Source: a virus
Lineage: Duplodnaviria > Caudoviricetes
Reading direction: 5' to 3' (one strand)
Virus record (IMG/VR): IMGVR_UViG_3300035148_000080
Coordinates: 1-31,786 of that record
DNA length: 31,786 nucleotides
The position numbers were made by a program, and so were the translations under genes. Below, one piece after another: positions 1-7,738 of this stretch; position 1 is the first letter of the stretch, and each line of letters opens with the position of its first letter. The notes beneath the pieces were generated by a model, which saw only the letters and a program-made list of their open reading frames with translations, was not told the DNA's origin and did not search any database.

Positions 1-487
1 ATATCTTAACATTGGAAGCCTTCGTATTGTAAGCTACCGGAACGGTGACCTCTGTTCCCAATACGGCTGTCGCAGTCACGTTCACCACATTAGAACCATC
101 GTCAATCGTGATAATAAATTCACCATTGAAGTTCGCCTTGAATGTAACAGCATTGATGGAGATAACTGAAAACCTACTTTGTAAATAGTTTACAAGGACA
201 ATCCCTAAAGGCGCATACGATGTACCGAACCGGCACACGTTCATGTAAGGCGTGATGGCACTATTGACCGTTACACCTTCACCGGCTACAAGCATCAAAT
301 CTGCTGCAACCTGTTCTTCTGCCGCACGTACAAGTTCTTCACCGTACTTCTTGCCTGTAACCTCACTTACATCGGCAAGGTGTGACAGCATCGACAAGTT
401 AAGGTCAATGTAGTGTTCAACGAAGATGCCTGTTTGGGTGTTATCGCACAGGCTTTTTATTTTTACGAAGTTCTTGCAACAGTCCAT
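1..487 (-). CDS. Partial virion/head-associated protein (runs off the left window edge)
   Basis: Not in the ORF track. ATG at 487-485 overlaps the TAA of the upstream gene (TAATG). Manual translation MDCCKNFVKIKSLCDNTQTGIFVEHYIDLNLSMLSHLADV... stays open to the window edge. Structural role inferred from context only. Confidence 0.7.
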   Translation of the reverse strand, partial: MDCCKNFVKIKSLCDNTQTGIFVEHYIDLNLSMLSHLADVSEVTGKKYGEELVRAAEEQVAADLMLVAGEGVTVNSAITPYMNVCRFGTSYAPLGIVLVNYLQSRFSVISINAVTFKANFNGEFIITIDDGSNVVNVTATAVLGTEVTVPVAYNTKASNVKI

Positions 488-1308
488 TACTTATTTTTTT
501 TATTCACTTTGATAATAGGTATAAACTGGTGACGGCAACCCCAATGGAGTTTATTCACCGGCAGGTTTTCAGCAGTCGTGCCATCAATCAATCCATTCTC
601 ACGTGCCACATCGAACACTTCATCAAGCCTATCTATCGGTACTTCACGATTGAACTGCTCAACGACATATCTGCACTGTGGCGAACTTGTTTCTATAAGG
701 CTGCCTACCATCCTGTAATGCGTCACCTTGTCCTTGTACTCGCTGTATATCTCCTTGTCTATGATACTGCTGTACGCATCGGCAGTTTGTACGGCTACAT
801 TCTTTATGTAGTTCGCCATCCTCGCAGGCGACTTGCCACTCTGTACCATGTCTTTCAGCTTAAGTTCAAGGTCACGCTGTGAGGCATTGGTGCGTATGCT
901 GTCGTAGATAAGTTGACGGTATGTTTGATTGAACCGTGTGTTCAGTCCGTTGGAATCAAGTTCGTCAAGGAACTCGTTTACTACCACAGACTGTGCAGGT
1001 GTTATCGCAGCCTTTTCTATAATCATGTCAGTGTCCTTGTACACCTGCATCTTTGCGTCACCTACCGTTCCTATGTTACGTAGCAGCTTCATGATGCTAT
1101 CCTTGTATGCACTGGTCTGATAGAAGTTCTTGATGGCATCGGTCACTATCCTTCCGCTACTCTTGGTCGTGCTGACGATATTGCCATTCTGAACGACAAG
1201 CGACTTGTCTAATTCTTGCAGCAGTTCACGAAGAAAGTCCTTTTCAAACCTTCTGTAATCGATGCTTCCACCGGATTCTATCTTCTTTATGATTTGCTCA
1301 AATGTCAT
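487..1308 (-). CDS. Putative minor head / head morphogenesis protein (MuF-like)
   Basis: Follows the putative portal directly. Helical N-terminal part, then YRMVGSLIETSSPQC ... LHWGCRHQFIP, resembling the Cys/His C-terminal motif of MuF/gp7-type proteins. Confidence 0.6.
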   Translation of the reverse strand: MTFEQIIKKIESGGSIDYRRFEKDFLRELLQELDKSLVVQNGNIVSTTKSSGRIVTDAIKNFYQTSAYKDSIMKLLRNIGTVGDAKMQVYKDTDMIIEKAAITPAQSVVVNEFLDELDSNGLNTRFNQTYRQLIYDSIRTNASQRDLELKLKDMVQSGKSPARMANYIKNVAVQTADAYSSIIDKEIYSEYKDKVTHYRMVGSLIETSSPQCRYVVEQFNREVPIDRLDEVFDVARENGLIDGTTAENLPVNKLHWGCRHQFIPIIKVNKKNK

Positions 1309-3275
1309 TATACAAGTTTCGCAACATCATCAGCTTCCTGACTGGTCTTTAAGATTGGTGGATTACCAAGCTGCTTCCGTGCTTCTTCTTCTGTCACACC
1401 GAACCTGTCTGCCACAAGTGCTACGGCTGCTTCCAGTTCGTAGATACCACTGCTGACAGCCTTAACAATCTCAATCATTCCGGTCAATCCACCTACACTA
1501 CCCTTCAATTCATTGGATGCAGAAGCAGAACCAACACTGCTCATTCCTTCTGTCAATGCCTGACGCACATCATCCATCTTGCCGGTCTTACGCTCAATGG
1601 CAGCTATCAACACCTGCTCAATATCCTTGTATTCCTTCTCTATGAACTGTGGATTGATGCTGTATAGATTCATCAGTAACGGAAACGCATAACTGTGAAC
1701 CTTCCAATCCTTGTCGTTGATGATTCCACTATCACTTAGTGCCTGTAAGTCCTTCTGCGTATAGAAGATGAATGGGTCTATCCGCTTAAGGATATCAACA
1801 ATCTTGATGATTGGATTGCTCTTGCTGACATACTTATTCAAGAAGTTCTCTACGTGTGTGGTCTTGATAAAAACAGGCGCATCCACAGATACGATTTGAT
1901 TGAGGTAGTCAAAGGCTTCAAGTTCGTTCATGATGGCAAACGATAACGGCTGCTCAACGCTGACTTGCTTGTAGCCATTAAGTATCGTGTAGTTTGTAAT
2001 GGCGTTCTGTATGTTTCCATACACTACCTTACTCACCCTTCCCAACCAAGCATACATACTTTCAAGCTGCTTCTCCCTGCTCTTAGCACTTTCCACGTTT
2101 CCTGTTTCAACCCTCTGCTGTATGTAGATAGCATCTTCTGCCATCTGCAAAGAATCCTTCCATGCCTTAGAGTTATATTCCAGTATGCCAATGTCAGGCG
2201 TAAAGAACTCAACAGGTTTCATGTTGGCGTTCAGTTCCGGTACATCAGGAAACAGCTTCCTCTTGTATATCTTGAATGGCGACTGTAATGACAGGTAACC
2301 ACTTCCTCCGCACTTTGTGCAGGTCTTAAGTCCATCGGGATGCTCGTCACATGGTGCGCAGGTTTCCATACCCTGCACACAATGGTCACAGGGGAGTTCT
2401 ACTTCACTCATGCGTGGATATCCGAATATGGCTTCAACACTGCGATATGTCCTGTGTTGTATAAGCGCATGATTGGCGAATGGAATAAAGCCTGCTATCA
2501 CGCTGTGATGCACACCCCTTGCGACTTCTTCAACACCTGTAAAGCTGTATGGGGTTAGCAACGGCTTATCGAATGTGTATATCACAGTATCCACGTTCTG
2601 ACCATCTTCAGTGTACATTCTTACGTACTGATACCTGTTGATGTAAACGTGTGTCGTGCGCTTCTTGAAACTGTATGACACGCCTTCAAAGAACGACTGC
2701 GTAATCAACTTATTCTGATTGTAAAGGCGCACACTGTTCGCCACATTGGTTGTATCAAGCTGTATGTCGTAATCACTTTCTTCCGGTACAATGAAGGCTA
2801 TCTCATTATCGTTTATCAGTTTGATGAACTGCGTTTCAACAAATGAACTCACCCATTTACCGCCACTGTTACGTAGCCATACTTGAACCGTGTTCGGGTC
2901 TGTTGCAGTTGAGATATTGATGAAGTTGTTGATGTATTCCGAAAAGAAGTTGATACTACCAAGCGACTTGATGGCTTCGCTGTCGCCTGTGACGTTGAAC
3001 CCTGTGTTATTGAAAACCCTGTTAAGGTTATCTATACCACGCCATACACTACCCTTAGTTATACTCTCGTATGTGTTGATGACATACTTACTGGCTTCCG
3101 GTTCTTCATTCTGAAATACGTTGATAACCTTGTCGAACAGCTTGCCTTTCGTGTGGACTTGTAGTTCCTTCTTTATCTTGTCGTAGTAATGAGTAAGGTA
3201 ATCTGCTACCTGCAAATTACCTTTCAACACCTTTGATACAAGTGCCTGTACGTTCTCTGTTGTATAAAGTTCCAT
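1308..3275 (-). CDS. Putative portal protein with internal Cys-rich zinc-finger insert
   Basis: About 655 aa (likely start MELYTTENV at 3275, since the track's start at 3308 lies inside a hairpin). Size, position before a MuF-like gene, and an ESAKSREK segment resembling the portal 'SG.A' region. CDHC..CAPC..CTKCGGSG insert. Confidence 0.6.
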   Translation of the reverse strand: MELYTTENVQALVSKVLKGNLQVADYLTHYYDKIKKELQVHTKGKLFDKVINVFQNEEPEASKYVINTYESITKGSVWRGIDNLNRVFNNTGFNVTGDSEAIKSLGSINFFSEYINNFINISTATDPNTVQVWLRNSGGKWVSSFVETQFIKLINDNEIAFIVPEESDYDIQLDTTNVANSVRLYNQNKLITQSFFEGVSYSFKKRTTHVYINRYQYVRMYTEDGQNVDTVIYTFDKPLLTPYSFTGVEEVARGVHHSVIAGFIPFANHALIQHRTYRSVEAIFGYPRMSEVELPCDHCVQGMETCAPCDEHPDGLKTCTKCGGSGYLSLQSPFKIYKRKLFPDVPELNANMKPVEFFTPDIGILEYNSKAWKDSLQMAEDAIYIQQRVETGNVESAKSREKQLESMYAWLGRVSKVVYGNIQNAITNYTILNGYKQVSVEQPLSFAIMNELEAFDYLNQIVSVDAPVFIKTTHVENFLNKYVSKSNPIIKIVDILKRIDPFIFYTQKDLQALSDSGIINDKDWKVHSYAFPLLMNLYSINPQFIEKEYKDIEQVLIAAIERKTGKMDDVRQALTEGMSSVGSASASNELKGSVGGLTGMIEIVKAVSSGIYELEAAVALVADRFGVTEEEARKQLGNPPILKTSQEADDVAKLV

Positions 3276-3280
3276 GTGTA

Positions 3281-3316
3281 TAAAATTGTGGGTAGGCAGC
3301 ATCACCACCTACCCAC
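3281..3316 (-). terminator. Probable intrinsic terminator after the putative tail tube gene
   Basis: Inverted repeat GTGGGTAGG (3288-3296) / CCTACCCAC (3308-3316), followed on the minus strand by AATTTTA (weak U-tract). Confidence 0.55.
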
Positions 3317-3336
3317 TAATTTGTATGATGACTTAC

Positions 3337-3948
3337 TTACCCTCTTGCAGCCTTTGGAAGAACTGCGTTAAGACCCGGAACATCCAGTGGTCTTGGTGCG
3401 GTCATGCTATTCCAGTTAAACTCAAAGGAGAACTCCATGAACTCACTGGTAGCTTCCGGCAGAAGATTGTCAAAGTCTGCCAGTGACACTCCACCAATCG
3501 GTGCGATTGTGTCCTGTCCATCGCAATAGCGGATGATGAGGTTGTACTTTGAAAGCGCACCCTGCATCAACGCATCTGCGAAATCATGCGTCTTCTTCGC
3601 AGCAGATTTATCAATACACAACAGCTTGTAAGTAAGCTGCCATACAATCTTCTCTACTGATGGTTCACCGCATCCACCGGCATCAAATGTGGTAACATCT
3701 TTCTTCTGATACCCACCGATACCAACACCAACAGGGATTATCTTGCCTGCTGTAAGATTAGCTGTCCACCATGCAGGGTCGATGATATCTTGTTCTTTCA
3801 ATACAAGTGAACAGTCAACGAAGTACAGGTCATTTATCCTTCCGGAAAATGTGGTACACTCGCATCCATTTCCCGAAGGAGATACCAGTTCAATCGGGTT
3901 GCAAGGCGTACCGGAACAGGTGATGAAGTTTGAAAAATTAATAGGCAT
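3337..3948 (-). CDS. Putative major tail (tube) protein
   Basis: 203 aa, beta-rich character, C-terminal 'FMEFSFEFNW' strand like tail-tube proteins. Flanked by its own promoter-like element and terminator, as expected of an abundant structural protein. Confidence 0.45.
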   Translation of the reverse strand: MPINFSNFITCSGTPCNPIELVSPSGNGCECTTFSGRINDLYFVDCSLVLKEQDIIDPAWWTANLTAGKIIPVGVGIGGYQKKDVTTFDAGGCGEPSVEKIVWQLTYKLLCIDKSAAKKTHDFADALMQGALSKYNLIIRYCDGQDTIAPIGGVSLADFDNLLPEATSEFMEFSFEFNWNSMTAPRPLDVPGLNAVLPKAARG

Positions 3949-4005
3949 CTTTTGATGATTTTTTGTTTTATCAATAATGCCAAGAACTACTGCCGAAGTG
4001 CATTA

Positions 4006-4013
4006 CAAAAATA
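4006..4013 (-). promoter_or_regulatory. Bacteroidota-type sigma70 -7 element (TAnnTTTG)
   Basis: Minus strand reads TATTTTTG in the 110-nt intergenic gap, 57 nt upstream of the ATG at 3948. No clean TTTG -33 element. Confidence 0.5.
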
Positions 4014-4043
4014 GAAATCCGGTTTGCAGTTCTTGGTATAGAC

Positions 4044-4052
4044 TTATCCACA
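4044..4052 (+). promoter_or_regulatory. Perfect DnaA-box consensus (TTATCCACA), intergenic
   Basis: Exact 9-mer match. Function unproven. Confidence 0.3.
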
Positions 4053-4058
4053 CGGCTG

Positions 4059-5822
4059 TTACCCTGCCGATGTGCCTACGCACGCACCATTCTGACACAC
4101 TTCCGCTATCACATTTCCATTCAGCTTAGTGGCGCACAATCCCGCACTGACCATACTGTTTGCACCCGATTGACCGTTCTCCACCAGTACTTGATAGTTC
4201 ACATCAATGTAACCGGCTGCCGGTATGGTTACAACAGAAAGACATTCCACACCGTGTGATATAGGAAGCGATTGATATCCACTACTTGATGCGCACCCTG
4301 TTCCTGTGTTTACGATTACTGTCAACCTCGCACCCACTCCACTGATTCCATTCCAACCGAAGTACCCATTGGCACGAAGGCGAAGTTCAATATTCGCACC
4401 TACTGCACCATGCACACGAACCGTATTCACACCTGTTGATGGAACGAGGCATGACCAATCAGAAAACGAAACGGCATTGATGGTCAATGTCAGGTCAAGA
4501 ACCTGCTGACCACACTCATTCGTTACAGTTACCTGCACAGGCAATACACCGGCAGTAGTAGCCGTTCCGCTGAATCGCAGCTTATCGCCAACAACTTCAA
4601 CCGTCATCCACGAAGGAACTGATTGTATGCTTACTGCGAATGGTGGAGTGCCTGCAATATCGTACTCATGCAGGTATGCGTCACCAAGATTTGCTGATGG
4701 TAAGAAGTTGTTTACGATGCCCATTACATTTGGAACACAACATAAAGCAGTTACAGCGATTGTGCGCTGTACCTTTCCTCCACAGTTTTCAAGTTCAACG
4801 ATGATATCTGCGCTGTTATTCACCAATCCATTGATGGAAATGCTACCATCTTGCCATGCTACGTTGAAGCCGCCTGCATCCACTACCGTAAGGATGATTG
4901 GCAGTGTTCCGGTAACAGGAAGTGCCGTCTGTAAGGTTCTTCCCTTGCACCCTGACAATGACATTACAGCCACATCGGGAAGTACGCAGGTCGATGGCAC
5001 GCATATCTCAAATACGCATCCATGTGTGGTCGTATTGGTCTTTACAGCACGTGCCACACATTGTAACCGTTCGCAACAGGCATCACCGATTGGCGTACTC
5101 TCGTATTCAGCAATCTCATACTTGAAGTTCCCAATGTACACTACACCACGTGCGTAGGCTTCGGCAATTACTTCTTCGTACCAGTATGGTATCACCTCAT
5201 GCGAGATGTTGTAACTCACCTCGCTTTCAGTTCTTGTAGGTCTGCCTCTGAAGGCTGTGTAGGTATTCTTCCTTCCTCCATAGAGTGCAGACAATCCACG
5301 TAATGTGTAGTTGTGGAAGTATCGCATCTGTGGGTCACCTTGCAGAACCTGCACAGGCAGTCCGTAGTAAACAGAATTGCTATCGTAGCCTCCATTGTCC
5401 GTAGCACCATAACAGGCATACAGCACATCAACAGGCGCACAGGTTTCTTCTATCTGATAGGTCTGTGTGAAGAACCACTGCCTTGTATTGTCGGCATACA
5501 CCACTTCAACAGCTATGACGAATTGTAGCACAGGTGGAAGTTGAAGGCTGTTCAGTACAGCGTAGTAATTACCATACGTGTCTGTTCCAACCATCACACG
5601 TGACATGACCGCATCGTGGTATGTACACAGGCAGGCATCAATGTATTTGAATGATATGCTTGCAGGCTGCTTCGTAAATGGGATATACCAGTACAGAAGC
5701 GGAAGATGTTGCCGGTATAGTGGAATGGTGTATGACCTGCATGACCTGCCATACCGAGTGTTGTACTGGTACTTTGACCACTCCGTAGCCGTACCGTTGA
5801 TAGTGCCTCCAATTAATTTCAT
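4059..5822 (-). CDS. Tail-associated protein with Ig-like domains (possible receptor-binding/adhesion protein)
   Basis: 587 aa in the tail module. Segment LPSANLGDAY...GTPPFAVSIQSVPSWMTV...RFSGTATTAGVLPVQVTVTN resembles putative-Ig (He_PIG/cadherin-like) domains, with a second degenerate copy just before it. 22 Cys. Confidence 0.55.
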   Translation of the reverse strand: MKLIGGTINGTATEWSKYQYNTRYGRSCRSYTIPLYRQHLPLLYWYIPFTKQPASISFKYIDACLCTYHDAVMSRVMVGTDTYGNYYAVLNSLQLPPVLQFVIAVEVVYADNTRQWFFTQTYQIEETCAPVDVLYACYGATDNGGYDSNSVYYGLPVQVLQGDPQMRYFHNYTLRGLSALYGGRKNTYTAFRGRPTRTESEVSYNISHEVIPYWYEEVIAEAYARGVVYIGNFKYEIAEYESTPIGDACCERLQCVARAVKTNTTTHGCVFEICVPSTCVLPDVAVMSLSGCKGRTLQTALPVTGTLPIILTVVDAGGFNVAWQDGSISINGLVNNSADIIVELENCGGKVQRTIAVTALCCVPNVMGIVNNFLPSANLGDAYLHEYDIAGTPPFAVSIQSVPSWMTVEVVGDKLRFSGTATTAGVLPVQVTVTNECGQQVLDLTLTINAVSFSDWSCLVPSTGVNTVRVHGAVGANIELRLRANGYFGWNGISGVGARLTVIVNTGTGCASSSGYQSLPISHGVECLSVVTIPAAGYIDVNYQVLVENGQSGANSMVSAGLCATKLNGNVIAEVCQNGACVGTSAG

Positions 5823-7738
5823 GTAAGTAGTAGTTTACCCTTGATTGTAATTATTCTTTTTTCGTAGTTCACTGTCGCTTCTGTCACCAGTACGTTGTAT
5901 CCACCCTGCACATTGATAACCCTTCCAACTATGTTCACCGAACCGAACTCTACTCCAACCTGCTTCAAGGTTTCACAACACAATGGTATGTCAAATCTTG
6001 CTTGCTTGTGACTGATGTTCACGACCAGTGGATTATCAGATGTTTCATGTTTGTCATACAGCGTGCCTTCATACCAACTGTCAAAGTACAGTGGATAATT
6101 GTAGGCATACTGCAATGTCTTGTACACACCAATACCGAAGTTCTGCTGTTCGTATGGAACACTATCTGTATTGTACACAGGATTGATGACGATTCCACCA
6201 ACAGGAACGGCTACAACCTTTGCCGCATTGATTGGGGTCGTTTCATCGTATCGGATAATTGAAGGTATGCTGCGCACGCCTCCACCCTTTACACGGATGA
6301 TTCCCCTGTATTGGCTGCCATCACCGTAGTCACCCTTCAAGTCCTGTGTCTTGTTGTTTATACTTACGTATGCGAAGGCAACAGCAGCTACAAGCGGAGC
6401 AGCCAGTGCAGCCGTCACACCTGCGGTAAGAAGTATGTATGTTGTCAACAGCGATACGATACCCCAAAGGACATACGCTGTAATGCGTGCATCATCAGTA
6501 ACCTTGTCAACGTAATCATCTCCGATGTAGTCATGCAAGAACCCTACTGTTGCGAAGGCGAACTGCTTATCGTTCTCTCCTTCCAGTGTTGGGTTGTCAG
6601 CTTCACCATCGTAATCCACAATGTCGTTGTACAATGGTGCGACCTCGTTACTGGCAGCATCATTGGCATCCGTTTGATATTCGTACCTGCCGTATGCAGG
6701 CTTCTTCGTCAGGTCATATTCAAAGCAGGTAGTGTCCTTCTCCGTGATGACAGCTACCGGATTCTGTGTGTCTATTACAGTGTCATAATCGTAGATGTAC
6801 AGTGTGTTCCCGATGATATCCCACTTCATGTTATACAGCTTACACAGCGCATCGATGAAGTCACTCACCTGCCATACATATCGGTTCATCCAGATGTGTT
6901 GTGTGAATGGTGATACCTTGTAACCTTCGTTGAAATCCGAGTAATAATGCCCTCCGTATGGGATGAATAGGCAATCACTGTACAGTTCCCTGCCTGCGTC
7001 AAAAGGTGTGTTCATTTGCAGACCGGCACGCTGACAGGCGTTCAGCAGTATGTCGTAGATACGTGGTGCAGGTGCAAAGTACCCGAATCCAAGCATCCGT
7101 TTGATGGTGCGCTTGAAGTCAAAGATGCTATCTATCAGAACTCCAATTAGCGGAAAGGTCATCACGAACAATACCAATCCTGTGCGCACGCCTGCGAAGC
7201 TGTATTCAGCAGCCTGTCTTACCACTGGAAACGTGGGATGCTGCTTCAATCCGTCTTCGCTGAACCACTTTTGCCAGTTGTCATGTATGGACAGCTTACG
7301 CAATACGTTGAACCGTGCATCGTCTTCACGCAGTGGAAGTTCAAATACGCAGCCATCGCCCTCGCAGAACTCTATATTGTCAGGCTTCAACAGGAAGTCA
7401 CGGTACACTACATTGCAATCGGCATCTTCAATGCGTGCGTCATAGAAGTTCAAGTAGCTACAAGGTGTCTGAAACAGGTATGCAGATATTGTGTCAGCAG
7501 ATTCACCAACTATACGTACCTGTAAACTGGCAGCCTTCTCACTCAGCTTCTGTGTCGTGTCCTTGCTTGTGTAAAGTAATTCCAACTTATCAAGTCCATC
7601 GGTATCGGCTGTGATATCCCTCCATGTTCCATCTACTGTGCCTGCCGTGTATGCTGCTCTGTTCCCTGTGCAGGTTACGATGACATTGTTGCCATCCCTG
7701 TCGGTCAGCTGATGTTCTCTTATGAGTAGTTTAAGCAT
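5819..7738 (-). CDS. Putative tail tip / baseplate hub protein
   Basis: 639 aa directly downstream of the tape measure gene. Segment 'VSDFIDALCKLYNMKWDIIGNTLYI' resembles hub-type tail proteins. Two hydrophobic stretches. Confidence 0.5.
   Translation of the reverse strand: MLKLLIREHQLTDRDGNNVIVTCTGNRAAYTAGTVDGTWRDITADTDGLDKLELLYTSKDTTQKLSEKAASLQVRIVGESADTISAYLFQTPCSYLNFYDARIEDADCNVVYRDFLLKPDNIEFCEGDGCVFELPLREDDARFNVLRKLSIHDNWQKWFSEDGLKQHPTFPVVRQAAEYSFAGVRTGLVLFVMTFPLIGVLIDSIFDFKRTIKRMLGFGYFAPAPRIYDILLNACQRAGLQMNTPFDAGRELYSDCLFIPYGGHYYSDFNEGYKVSPFTQHIWMNRYVWQVSDFIDALCKLYNMKWDIIGNTLYIYDYDTVIDTQNPVAVITEKDTTCFEYDLTKKPAYGRYEYQTDANDAASNEVAPLYNDIVDYDGEADNPTLEGENDKQFAFATVGFLHDYIGDDYVDKVTDDARITAYVLWGIVSLLTTYILLTAGVTAALAAPLVAAVAFAYVSINNKTQDLKGDYGDGSQYRGIIRVKGGGVRSIPSIIRYDETTPINAAKVVAVPVGGIVINPVYNTDSVPYEQQNFGIGVYKTLQYAYNYPLYFDSWYEGTLYDKHETSDNPLVVNISHKQARFDIPLCCETLKQVGVEFGSVNIVGRVINVQGGYNVLVTEATVNYEKRIITIKGKLLLT

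Noticed and set aside
4059-4500. C-terminus of the Ig-domain tail protein as a diversity-generating retroelement target
   Set aside because: No reverse transcriptase and no template repeat are visible in the window.
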